From assembly GCA_040220235.1 (NCBI GenBank), contig JAVJTO010000157.1: 64,000 bases of DNA; one strand, written 5' to 3'. Under the pieces are notes generated by a model. That model did no database searches. It was not told the origin of the DNA and saw only the letters and a program-made list of their open reading frames with translations. A program made the translations under genes and the position numbers. Source of the DNA: Coleofasciculus sp. B1-GNL1-01 (GTDB lineage: Bacteria; Cyanobacteriota; Cyanobacteriia; Cyanobacteriales; Coleofasciculaceae). Positions 29,728 to 40,100 of this stretch are shown here, one piece after another (the stretch's first letter is position 1; every line of letters begins with the position of its first letter).

Positions 29728-30627
29728 ATGACTGTTGCTTATCCCCGCAAACTCAAAAACTCTGTTAGTGCGCGTGAAATCCTCCGAGGGGTAGTGAGCG
29801 ATCGCGAAATGCACCTGATCACGCTAAATCGCTACCGCTATAACGAACAACATAGCTGCAAAGACCTCACGGAAGTGGTCGAAAAACTCAATGGTCAACC
29901 GCGAGACTTGGTACAGGAACTGTCTCACCATATTTGTGACGAAGCTCGCCATGCGATGTGGTTGACAGACCTTCTAGTAGACTTGGGTGCAGATATTGGT
30001 ATGCCTCCCGGAGTATCCTACATCCATGAGTTCGAGCGACTCATCGACCAGCAAACCTATGAATCACCAGGCAACAAAGAAGATGGTCTTATTGCTGCCT
30101 TAGCAGCAATCAACGTCACGGAAAAGCGCGGTTGTGAATATTTCTCGGCTCATATTCGAGCCTTGAAAGACGCTCCACAAACCGAAGAAAACATCAAGAT
30201 TAGAGAAACAATTGAACGAATTTTCCCAGAAGAAGCGGTTCACGTGCGATGGGGTAACCGATGGCTGGCTAAAATCGCTGATAAAAGCCCCCGACATCGC
30301 CGGAAGGTGGAACAAGCTAAGCGCCAGTATGTGGCAATTGAACAGGCAGCTTATGAGGCTGGTATGGATATCATGGCTGGTGCAGAACTGCGCCGACTCA
30401 ACCATCTGTTAGAAATTGCCAATACTTTAGAGGTTTGGGAACGTCCCAAGTACCTGATGGAAAACATACCGCAGACACTGCTAGCCCCCGAATTGCAGAT
30501 GACCCGTCTAACTGTGGCACAACGAGCTTGGCAACGTGATCCCAAGATGTTTATGGAAAAGTTTGTACCGATGTTCTTGAACGGACTGAATATTGTCCCC
30601 AATAAGCAACACAAAGCTACGGCTTAG
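29728..30627 (+). CDS. ferritin-like diiron protein
   Basis: YNEQ, DEARH, TEKRG, EEAVHVRWG: paired ExxH motifs. Confidence 0.82.
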   Translation: MTVAYPRKLKNSVSAREILRGVVSDREMHLITLNRYRYNEQHSCKDLTEVVEKLNGQPRDLVQELSHHICDEARHAMWLTDLLVDLGADIGMPPGVSYIHEFERLIDQQTYESPGNKEDGLIAALAAINVTEKRGCEYFSAHIRALKDAPQTEENIKIRETIERIFPEEAVHVRWGNRWLAKIADKSPRHRRKVEQAKRQYVAIEQAAYEAGMDIMAGAELRRLNHLLEIANTLEVWERPKYLMENIPQTLLAPELQMTRLTVAQRAWQRDPKMFMEKFVPMFLNGLNIVPNKQHKATA

Positions 30628-30674
30628 GCACATTTTCTCTGAATTCGCTCTCTAGAGTTGAGAACCCCTCAGTA

Positions 30675-30707
30675 AGATCCCCGACTTCTTGAAGAAGTCG
30701 GGGATCT
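30675..30707. repeat. 33-bp perfect palindromic REP-like element
   Basis: AGATCCCCGACTTCTT-G-AAGAAGTCGGGGATCT. Confidence 0.9.
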
Positions 30708-30956
30708 GGGTCTTTGCGGGTAAGTAATCGGTATTAACGGATAAAATAAGCTTGGGGGTACTCCCAAGTATCAAAGACGCCAAATCTGGCGATTATGGTG
30801 TGGGACTTAGTGCCTTCCCTTTTCTTTCATCATTGGTTAAAGTTAGGTGCATCGCTGATAATGCTCGCCATGTTCCCAGCAAGCTACAGGACGTATCCAC
30901 CGTAAATACCACGCCTTGTGTTATATACAATTGTCAATTGCTATAGAGAAACGTTT

Positions 30957-31460
30957 ATGACCACTAAAAAATCGAATCCAGAAACGGTGTCTACAGAAAG
31001 CTTGTCAACGGAAGAGATTGTCTCCACGGAGTTCATCCAAGACCAGACTACCGTCAACTATGTAGAAACCATCGAAACAGTCATCTCTAGCCTGGAGCAA
31101 GATGACAGCGCTATGGTTAGCCATAACGATGAAGGCTATCTCTGGAAGTTTAAGTATGGTAGTGTAGAAGTCTTTGTCCAGCTAACGGGTTCTACAGACG
31201 AGGATACATTCACCGTTTGGTCTTCGGTGCTGAACCTCCCGGCAGAAAAAGAAGCCGAATTGATGCGTAGGCTTCTGGAAATGAACTGGTCAGATACCTT
31301 TGAATCCCGTTTTGGGATTGTGGATGATCAAGTGGTGGTGTTATCATCGCGCACGGTGGCTGAACTATCGCCGGGAGAAATTTCTCGGGCGATTACGATT
31401 GTTGCTACTATTGCTGATGATAATGATGAAGCGTTGCAAGAAGAGTTTGGCGCGGCTTGA
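30957..31460 (+). CDS. YbjN-domain (CesT-like chaperone fold) protein
   Basis: WKFKYGSVEVFVQL, LLEMNW, EISRAITIVATIADDNDE. Confidence 0.82.
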   Translation: MTTKKSNPETVSTESLSTEEIVSTEFIQDQTTVNYVETIETVISSLEQDDSAMVSHNDEGYLWKFKYGSVEVFVQLTGSTDEDTFTVWSSVLNLPAEKEAELMRRLLEMNWSDTFESRFGIVDDQVVVLSSRTVAELSPGEISRAITIVATIADDNDEALQEEFGAA

Positions 31461-31754
31461 GTTGTACTACAACCAGAATCCGCCTCTACACCGAACAAGG
31501 TGAACTCTCTTACTTTTGGTCGGGATCTGGAAAACCTCTCTCCAAACCTCTCTCCGAACCTCTCCCTAGCCCTCTCCTACAAGGAGAGGGAAGCGGAATA
31601 TATTTTTTTATTTGGAGAGGCTTTGAATTCTCCCCCATGGAACAAAAAGCGAAGCATCCGCTGGCTTCCCCCTTCGTTAGCTTGTATTGTGTCCACCTAC
31701 TTATACCTTGTAGAGGTTAGCAGCGGGAGCATGTCAATCTCTCTATCGTAGCTG

Positions 31755-32111
31755 GTGAAAATTTTATTTATCGAAGATAACGACTTGAATCGGGAAGCAA
31801 TTAGTGAATATCTTGAGTTGCATGGGTATGAAGTTTATGCTAAACCCGATGGCGCTAATTTTTTAGAGGTGGTGAGAGAATTTCAACCTGATTTAATTTT
31901 ACTGGATCTCAAGTTACCAGAGATTGATGGCTTTACTTTGATGGAACAACTGCGACAATCCCAATCGTTACCAATCCCGGTGGTCATTCTTTCAGCACTT
32001 TCCTTTAATTCGGATAAACAGCGAGCATTTGAATTGGGGGCTTGCTGTTTTTTGGTGAAACCGACGATGGTGCAGGATATTAGGCGTGCGATTCAGAAGG
32101 AATTGAAATAA
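31755..32111 (+). CDS. single-domain response regulator
   Basis: IEDN, LLDLKLPEIDG, SA, VKP. Confidence 0.9.
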   Translation: MKILFIEDNDLNREAISEYLELHGYEVYAKPDGANFLEVVREFQPDLILLDLKLPEIDGFTLMEQLRQSQSLPIPVVILSALSFNSDKQRAFELGACCFLVKPTMVQDIRRAIQKELK

Positions 32112-32191
32112 TTGGCATGTCTGTTTTCGGGTAGGGGCGGGTTTAGCCATTTACAGCAGAATTGGTGGTTGATCAGGTACAGCCTTAAGCA

Positions 32192-32224
32192 AGATCCCCG
32201 ACTTCTTGGAGAAGTCGGGGATCT
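32192..32224. repeat. 33-bp palindromic REP-like element
   Basis: AGATCCCCGACTTCT-TGG-AGAAGTCGGGGATCT; preceded by a GTAGGGGCGGGTTT REP half at 32131. Confidence 0.88.
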
Positions 32225-32287
32225 GTCTGTGTTACTTGAAAAGCGCTGTATTTTAGATACTCACCAAGAAATGAACAACAAAACCTT

Positions 32288-32482
32288 CTATTCCGACTCG
32301 GATTGGCGTTGCTGTTGAATAAATTCCTCAATAATTCGGGTAAGATTATTCACAGATTCTCCAATTTGAGTGAGTCGGGTTTCAGTTTGAGAGAGTCCGA
32401 GTAGGGTATTTTGGAGTTGGTTGCCTAAAATGTCGATCGCGTCTCGATACTCTCTCTCTAATTCTTCCAGAGTCATGGTCAA
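32288..32482 (-). CDS. small coiled-coil hypothetical protein
   Basis: Heptad-rich 64 aa; GAGG RBS before TTG/ATG; downstream of the REC-GAF gene. Confidence 0.65.
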   Translation of the reverse strand: MTMTLEELEREYRDAIDILGNQLQNTLLGLSQTETRLTQIGESVNNLTRIIEEFIQQQRQSESE

Positions 32483-32546
32483 ACCTCAATGATTGATTGA
32501 GTTCCAGTCTGGACGCTCAATGTTAGCGATCGCGTTTATGCTATGT

Positions 32547-33464
32547 TCAATTTGTGTTCATGAAAAGGGCGATCGCGAGTAAGTTGCTCAGATCTCTCAA
32601 TCGCTCTATTGTCGGCTGATCCCAATGGCGTGGTGTTATGCATTGATGGACACACAGCCCCCCTAATCGTTGACCGTGACTGATTAAGGGTAAAATTAAA
32701 ACGGCTTTGGCTTTTAAGGGAGTCAGTTGCGCGATCGCAACATCTGAGAGTTCGGTTTGCTCAATATCCTCAATCGCTACAATTTGCCCTTGTTGGTAAA
32801 CCGTCTTATAGACTTGTTCTAAACCGGGATCAGCAAGGTAAAGTTCTAGTACCGAGGGATATCCGGGGGCGACGGATTCCACAATCGATTGATCGCCTAA
32901 GGTATAAAGGATGACTCGTTCAACCTCTAACTGAACTCGCAGCTTCGCCACCGTGAAATCCAGCAGCGTTAACACAGGAGTAGACTTACACAAGCGCTGG
33001 AGAATCTCTGCGAATAAAGCATCCCACTCTTGTAAACGCTGTAATTGCTGGGTGGCTTGTTCCGCCTGTGTTAAAGCTTGAGCCGCCGTCAAGAGACGCC
33101 GTACTCGTTGGGAGAGAACCGCCCAATAGATGGGTTTGGTGACATAATCCGTTGCACCTACGGCAAAAGCATGATCCACAGAATCTTGATCATCCAGAAC
33201 CGTAATCATTAAAATCGGGATGCGATCGCCTCCTGGTAGAGAACGCAAACGCTTACAGCAGGTAAAGCCATCCAATCCCGGCATAACTGCATCCAACAAT
33301 ACCATGTCTGGCTGATGATGCATATATTCGCTCAGACATTGCTCCCCATCCTTCGCTTCCACAACGCCATATCCTTCTTCTGTCATCGCTAAATTGAGTA
33401 ATGAGCGCATCGAACGATCATCATCAACGACGAGGATTAAAGGTTGATCAGGCTGAAAATCCAT
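32547..33464 (-). CDS. REC-GAF response regulator
   Basis: VVDDD, LLDAVMPGLDG, TKP; C-terminal GAF (ERVILY, VESV, LCVHQC..RHW); ORF-track extension to 33530 runs into a REP. Confidence 0.88.
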   Translation of the reverse strand: MDFQPDQPLILVVDDDRSMRSLLNLAMTEEGYGVVEAKDGEQCLSEYMHHQPDMVLLDAVMPGLDGFTCCKRLRSLPGGDRIPILMITVLDDQDSVDHAFAVGATDYVTKPIYWAVLSQRVRRLLTAAQALTQAEQATQQLQRLQEWDALFAEILQRLCKSTPVLTLLDFTVAKLRVQLEVERVILYTLGDQSIVESVAPGYPSVLELYLADPGLEQVYKTVYQQGQIVAIEDIEQTELSDVAIAQLTPLKAKAVLILPLISHGQRLGGLCVHQCITPRHWDQPTIERLRDLSNLLAIALFMNTN

Positions 33465-33580
33465 AGTAGGAGGGTAGGTGAAAGAATGATTTTGCCGTAG
33501 AGGTTTACCAGGTAGGGGCTTGATAACCAAGCCCCTACTATGTTTGTGTAGCCGCGATTAAAATCGCCCGAGAGTCTGAT

Positions 33581-33687
33581 ATCATGTCCGGCAAATCACT
33601 CCTAATAAAAACTTCTCCCCATCTCCCCCTCACCCCATCTCCCCCTCACCCCATCACCGTAATTATGGGTATTCAACCGGACATGAT
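33581..33687. mobile_element. MITE with CCCCATCTCCCCCTCA repeats
   Basis: Perfect 11-bp TIR ATCATGTCCGG / CCGGACATGAT. Confidence 0.75.
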
Positions 33688-33692
33688 TATGA

Positions 33693-34526
33693 TTAGGGAA
33701 TGGGAATTGGAGATTTTGACACCTGTTTAATTAAAGCAGTTTTCACCTTCTCATACTCTACCTTGACCTGAACCAGTTGCTCGGCAGGGACTTCACTCAT
33801 ACCCGCACTTGCCAAGGCTTCCAACTTCTTGCAGAGATGGGAAAGAGTGACAGCACCCAGATTCGCGCTACTCGAACGGAGACTATGAGCCGCCTGTCTT
33901 AGCGCCTCTGCATCTTGGGTTGCGATCGCCGATTGAATGGCTTGAAGTCGTTCGGGTGCATCTTCTAAATAGTCCCCCACAATTTTATCCAAGACAATAT
34001 GGGCTTTTGCTCCCGCTAATTTCTCTAAGGATTGCCATATCTTAGGAGCTAATACCTCCGACTCCGTATCAAGCAACCTTGGCGACGCCGGAAAAACACC
34101 TGCGCCCTCATCTCCATGTAACCCCTGATCACTATCCGATACCTTCTGCAACGCCTGAACCAGTTTTGGCAACTCAATCGGTTTCGTAATATAATCATCC
34201 ATCCCCGCCGCCAAGCACTGTTCTCGATCGCCCCGCCGAGCATAAGCTGTAAGCGCAATAATCCGAGGACGTTCGCCAGCAGCCCACTGCTCACATATCT
34301 GGCGAGTCGCGGTTAAACCATCCATTTCTGGCATTTCCACATCCATAAACACGACATCATAAGACTGGCTATGCAAAGCCTGTAACACCTCTGCACCGTT
34401 ACTCACGACATCAGCCTGATAGCCTAATTTCTTTAGCAAAAGTACGGCAAACTTCTGATTCACCCGATTGTCTTCCGCTAGTAAAATCCGTGTTTTATGG
34501 CTTTTTGGTAAAGATGTGGTTTGCAT
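33693..34526 (-). CDS. REC-Hpt phosphorelay protein
   Basis: LLAEDN, FMDVEMPEMDG, TKP; Hpt motif AHSLRSSSANLGA. Confidence 0.92.
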   Translation of the reverse strand: MQTTSLPKSHKTRILLAEDNRVNQKFAVLLLKKLGYQADVVSNGAEVLQALHSQSYDVVFMDVEMPEMDGLTATRQICEQWAAGERPRIIALTAYARRGDREQCLAAGMDDYITKPIELPKLVQALQKVSDSDQGLHGDEGAGVFPASPRLLDTESEVLAPKIWQSLEKLAGAKAHIVLDKIVGDYLEDAPERLQAIQSAIATQDAEALRQAAHSLRSSSANLGAVTLSHLCKKLEALASAGMSEVPAEQLVQVKVEYEKVKTALIKQVSKSPIPIP

Positions 34527-34855
34527 TGGGTTATGTCTGTTAGGTTGGCTTATTTCTGTCTCTTATTTATTGTGTAGGTAAGAAGGCTAATGAGATATAC
34601 GCCAGATTGCCGAATTCTCCATGGTAAATCGACGTAATTTTTGTTTACATTTGTCTCGACCTGACGAATAAGTTGTTCAGGACTACTGATTTAGAGTGTA
34701 TTTCCGAGTTGAGTTCGCCACATCACCCTTAAAAGTTGATTTGGATCACTGATTTTCTGTGTGCTGATCCGTAACCTATCATGCATTTAAATTGACATTA
34801 AGGTTTAAAAATTCCGGACACATTAAACCTTCTATCCTCTACCTTTTTCTAGGCT

Positions 34856-35083
34856 CTAATCCATATCCAGAAGATGCTGACCCGATTGTTGTAACTGCTG
34901 CCAAAGGTCTTGAATTTGATCATAAGCCTGTTCCGGAGGCAATTTTCCGGAGGTTTGTAGGTTGCAGATGGTGGTCACTCGCTGGGCAAATTCTTGCAAA
35001 TTGGCATTAAAGACCAGATAGTCCGGTTTTATCTGACCATAGTAGCGACAACGAGGATATAAAAAATTTAGGCGATCGCTCAT
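34856..35083 (-). CDS. small conserved cyanobacterial protein
   Basis: FLYPRCRYYG..LVFNANLQEFAQRV..GKL..AY.QI..LW: a recognisable conserved family. Confidence 0.82.
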   Translation of the reverse strand: MSDRLNFLYPRCRYYGQIKPDYLVFNANLQEFAQRVTTICNLQTSGKLPPEQAYDQIQDLWQQLQQSGQHLLDMD

Positions 35084-35399
35084 TTTGGGCTTCTCCCAGA
35101 TTCTTGAAATTTTCTGTCTATTAAAACTCCTATTATTAATCAAAAAACTGGATATTGACCAATCGTTGTGAACATTTCTTGACAGAAAATTTCTTGGGTC
35201 AGTTCATAGTCAAGATGATGGTAGCGATGAAGCCCGGATTGATCTGCCTAAAAAAAATAGGTAATTTTGTAGCTTATGTTACTGCTGCTAGGGGCATAGG
35301 TCTAGTTTGCCAAAACTCTCTCTTAGAGAAGAGGAGATATTCAAACGCCTGAGTAACTTTAAAAGTAAGACCTTCAATTGTCGTCACCGTCAGGTTTCC

Positions 35400-36995
35400 A
35401 TGCCTTCAGAAAACACTACCGCCACTCCTGATCAAGCGAATACTCATGTTGATAATGGCAATCAGCAACACAGACAGGATAGCGAAGCAACTGCCAAAAA
35501 ATCACCACAACAACCCGAAGCTGACCAAGACGATTTAAATAGGAAAAAATCCCCCCAGTCTTCTCAGCTCAAAACCAAGTTAAAAAAAGCATGGTGGCTG
35601 ATTCCCCTGGTGGGGTTAGTGCTGGCGATTGGTGGTGTATCGGTGATGCGCCTGTCGCCTAAGGATGAAGAAGCCGCTACTACCACTCAACCTTCCCCCT
35701 TACCCGTGCGGGTTACCCCAGCCCAATTAGAATCGATTCGCGCTTGGGTATCCAGTGAAGGGAATGTCCGGGCGACTCGCTTTAAACATCTAACCTTTGA
35801 CGTAGCGGGTGATGTCACATATATCGCCAACCGGGAAGGGGGGCGACGATTACGAGAAGGCGATCGCGTACAAAAAGGGGAACTGCTTGCCCGAATTGAT
35901 GATCGGGAACTCCAAGCCCAGGTGAGTCAAGCACAAGCGGCTGTCGCCGAGGCGCAAGAACAGAAAAGCGTCGCCGCCGCTAATCTCGCCCAAGCCCAGG
36001 CACAAGTCGCCCAGGCGCGTTCTCAGGTGAGCCAAGCCCAAGCCCAATTAACCAAGGCGCGATCCAATCGGGATCTGGCGCAAAGTCAACTCGAACGCTA
36101 TCGACTCCTTTATCACCAGGGCGTGATTCCCGCCAGTGAATTTGATACCCGCCAGAATACACTCCAAGACGCCCAAGCCCAAATTCAAGCCGCCCAAGCC
36201 CAAGTTCAAGCCGCCCAAGATCAAGTTCAAGCCGCCCAAGCCCAAGTTCAAGCCACCAGAGAACAGGTGGAAGCCGCTGAAACGGGGATTACCACGGCTC
36301 GCGCCCAACTGACTCAGGCGAAGGTTGACTTAGAAGGTACTCGACTTTACGCCCCCTTTGATGGTGTTGTCGCCTATCTGAATATTCGCGAAAACGAATA
36401 TTATACTCCTCAACTCGTGTCTACCCAACTGGCAGGAGATTATCAAGGCATTTTAGAGCGAGTACCGATTGTCGTCATCGATCCCAGCCAATTTGAAGTC
36501 ATTGCCGACTTCCCCGCCTCCAGTGGACAGCAGATTCGTCCCGGTCAACCTGCCTACATTGTCTCAGAACTGGAGCGCTCCGGTGAACGTCCCAATCAAA
36601 CCATTATTGAAAGGGCGCGTGCGAAAGGAGAAGTATTTGCCGTCAACCCCGCTGTTAGTCCAGGGGGGCGATCGATTCAAGTCACCATTCGGATTACGGA
36701 CACCACAACTAACCTACAACATGGAGAACAGGTTTCAGCTTGGATTGCTGTGGAAGACGAGGACAATACAGTTGTGGCTCCCTTAGATGCCTTTGTTTAT
36801 CGTGATCAAGACCCCTATGTCTTTGTCGTCAATCCCGAAGAAAAAGTAGTGGATCAGCGTCAAATTGTACCCGGAATTACAGGCATTCAGCGGCGAGAAA
36901 TTGAGAGCGGTGTTTCCCCTGGAGAACTGTTAGTCACTGAAGGACAAAATCGTTTAGTAGATGGCACACCTGTCGAGATTATTGAACGCAATTAA
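35400..36995 (+). CDS. RND efflux periplasmic adaptor (MFP) subunit
   Basis: Single TM, EGDRVQKGELLARID, long QAAQAQV coiled coil, APFDGVV, VTEGQ. Confidence 0.93.
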   Translation: MPSENTTATPDQANTHVDNGNQQHRQDSEATAKKSPQQPEADQDDLNRKKSPQSSQLKTKLKKAWWLIPLVGLVLAIGGVSVMRLSPKDEEAATTTQPSPLPVRVTPAQLESIRAWVSSEGNVRATRFKHLTFDVAGDVTYIANREGGRRLREGDRVQKGELLARIDDRELQAQVSQAQAAVAEAQEQKSVAAANLAQAQAQVAQARSQVSQAQAQLTKARSNRDLAQSQLERYRLLYHQGVIPASEFDTRQNTLQDAQAQIQAAQAQVQAAQDQVQAAQAQVQATREQVEAAETGITTARAQLTQAKVDLEGTRLYAPFDGVVAYLNIRENEYYTPQLVSTQLAGDYQGILERVPIVVIDPSQFEVIADFPASSGQQIRPGQPAYIVSELERSGERPNQTIIERARAKGEVFAVNPAVSPGGRSIQVTIRITDTTTNLQHGEQVSAWIAVEDEDNTVVAPLDAFVYRDQDPYVFVVNPEEKVVDQRQIVPGITGIQRREIESGVSPGELLVTEGQNRLVDGTPVEIIERN

Positions 36996-37073
36996 TAAGG
37001 AAGATGGGGAGATGGGGAGATGAGGGAGACAAAATTTCTATAGCCTATTACCCTGTTCCCTATTCCCTAACCA

Positions 37074-37157
37074 ATGACAAATGACAAATGACAAATGACC
37101 AATGACAAATGACCAATGACAAATGACCAATGACCAATGACCAATGACCAATGACCA
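37074..37157 (+). repeat. STRR2 heptamer array, 12 x ATGAC(C/A)A
   Basis: Reverse complement of TT(G/T)GTCA; the last unit is the start of the RND gene. Confidence 0.92.
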
Positions 37158-40100
37158 AACCATCACCAATATCTCGTTTCTTTTTCCTCAAACCCGTTTT
37201 TGGTATTTTGTTAAGCCTGCTGTTTACAATTGGCGGGTTTCTCGGTTACGCGGCGATCGTTAAAGAAGCCAACCCTGATATTAATATTGCCATAGCGACA
37301 GTCACCACAACCTGGGCAGGGGCTGATCCGCAAACCATTGAACAGCAAGTAACCAATGAATTAGAGACAGAGATTAAATCTGTTGAAAACCTGAAAGAAC
37401 TTAGAAGTGCCTCATTTAGTGGCTTCTCCATCATTCAGGTAGAATTTAACTCCGAGGCAGATGTGGAACAGTCGATTCAACTCCTACGTGATGCCGTTTC
37501 TCAAGCCGAACCCAATTTGCCCAGAGAAGCGGATCAACCCGTTGTTGAACAAGTTTCTTTTGATGATGTCCCCATTCTCACCATAGCCCTATTTGGTGAC
37601 CTAGACGCCACCGTTTTAAACTTAGCGGCGGAACGGTTGCAAGAACGATTAGAAAAAGTTTCCGGCGTTAGCGAAGTCAATCTGGGAGGGGCGCGGGATG
37701 AAGTCGTACAAGTTCAGCTTGACCCCAGTCGCCTAGTCGCGCTACAAATTCCACCCACGACAGTTGCCAATCGCATCCAAACCGCTGACCGCGATGTGCC
37801 TTTAGATGAGGTGGAGAGTGAGCAAATTGGCACGCAGGTGCGCTTTTATGGACGGTTTCGCCAATTAGATGATTTACGGGAATTGCCGATCGCTCGTCTG
37901 GATGGGCGGGTGGTTCGCTTGGCAGAAATTGCCACGGTTCGTCGAGAGTTGGAGGAAGAAGAAAGTCGGGCTTTTATTAGTTGGCAGGGGAGACAATTTG
38001 AACCCGTTATTAGTGTGGGGATTAAGAAAGTCCCTGGACAGGATTCAATTGAAGTGATTAATCGGGTTTTGTCAGAAATTGAAGCCGCCCAGCAGAATCC
38101 TCAACTGTGGTTTCCGGGGATGAAATACCGAGTTATTTCTGATGAATCCGAAACAATTTGGGAGGATTTAGACAACTTATTTACCAATGCGTTGCAGGCA
38201 ATGGCGGCGGTATTTGTGATTTTGTTTATTGCCTTGTCTTGGCGAGAAGCGTTAATTGCTGGACTGTCCATTCCCTTAACTTTTTTGGGTGCATTGGCGA
38301 TTTTATGGTTAACGGGTCAAACCCTGAATACGATGGTACTGATTGGTATGGTATTGTCGTTGGGTTTGTTGGTGGATGTTTTCATCTTAATGATGGAGGG
38401 GATGCACGAGGCAATTTTTATCTCTAAGTTAGGTTTTAATCAAGCGGCGCTGAAGACGGTAAAAACCTATGCACCTCCAGCATTTTCTGGTCAGTTAACC
38501 ACAATTTTGGCAATGGTGCCGCTGATGGCAATTAGTGGGACAATGGGAAAATTTATCCGCTTGCTGCCGATTACGGCGATTACCTGCTTGTTGCTGAGTT
38601 TTGCGATCGCGATTTTGGTGGATGTTCCTTTGTCTCGTTTTTTGTTAGCTGGAATCAGCAAAGAAAATAAAACCTCCCGCATTGACCAACTCAGTGAAAC
38701 TGCCTCGGAACGGTTTACTCAGTGGAGTTTAAACCATACCGTTCGCAATCAAACCACTGCCCGGGCGTGGACGGCGGGAACCATTGCCTTATTCCTCTGT
38801 GCCGTCTTTGCCTTTACCCAAATTCCCACGGTTTTCTTTCCAGAAACCGATACCCGCGATTTGAGTATTAATGTGGAAATGCCGCCAACAACCACGTTGG
38901 AAACGTCACAAGCGGTAGCGGATGATTTGGGTCAACGTTTACGGTCTAAAGACTATTTTGAAAGTGTAATTAAATATGTCGGACGACGCAGTACCTTAGT
39001 CAGTTCCGGTGAATTGCAGCCCAGCCAAGCCAGCTATTTGGTTGGATTTGATGCTGTATTTGTTCCTGAAGAACAGCGGCAGTTAACCTCCTTTGAATAC
39101 GTGGAGAAGCTGCGCCCCCAACTGGAAGCGGCGCTCACCTCTTATCCCGGTGCCACCTTAGTGATCAACAGCCAACAAGCCGCCCAAAACGAAGACCCAA
39201 TTCAAATCGAAATTACCGGGAATAATCTGAGTGAATTGCGGCGGATTTCTGGGGATATCCAGTTAGCATTACGGCAAATACCGGGGACAACCGATGTGCG
39301 CGATAATTTGGGCGACTTGCAACCGGATTTGAAACTAATTCCTGAACGTGAACAGCTTGATTTTTATGGAATTAGTGAAGAACAACTTGCGGCACAGGCG
39401 CGTTATTATATGACCACCAACGATGTTGGCGATTTTGTCCTGGGTGGAAATGAGGAGGATTTAGAAATTCGCCTGAGTACACAGTGGCCCTCACGCGGGG
39501 GAGAAGTTGGGGGTCCGACTCGCCGAGATGAACTCTTATCCGTGCGCTTCTTTGGCTCAAATCCGGATCAGCCTGTGATTGCAGCAGACTCGGTGATTGA
39601 GACAGTGCAGGGACAAACCCCGTTATCGATTACCCATCGAGGGGGAGAACGCACCGTTACCGTATTGGCAAAAGTCGCCAGTCGCACCGTTGGCGAAATT
39701 CTCAGTGATTTAGAACCGAAATTGGAACAGATGCAACAGTCTTGGTCTCCCGGTTACCGTTATCAGTTTACCGGGGAAGCGGAGGAACAGGCGGAAACCT
39801 TTGGTTCAGCAGGTCAAGCATTGATTTTGGCAATTATCATGGTGTTTGCGGTGTTAGTGCTGCAACTGGGTTCATTTCGCCAGCCGTTTATTATTCTCTT
39901 GGCAATTCCCTTTGCCTTAATTGGCACAATGGGCGGGTTTTTTCTGGCTTGGATTCCCTTTTCCTTTCCGGCGTTTATTGGGGTGATTTCTTTGGTGGGT
40001 ATTGTAGTCAATGATGCCATTGTCATGGTGGATACGATGAACCAGTATGAACAAGAGGGGATGAACGTGCGAAAAGCGGCGGCTCATGGGGTATCGGACC

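Noticed and set aside
31457..31751. Two short + strand ORFs
   Set aside because: They span a CCTCTCC/GGAGAGG repeat family also seen near 49660 and 50870
36160..36260. 21-bp tandem repeats
   Set aside because: They encode QAAQAQV heptads of the adaptor coiled coil
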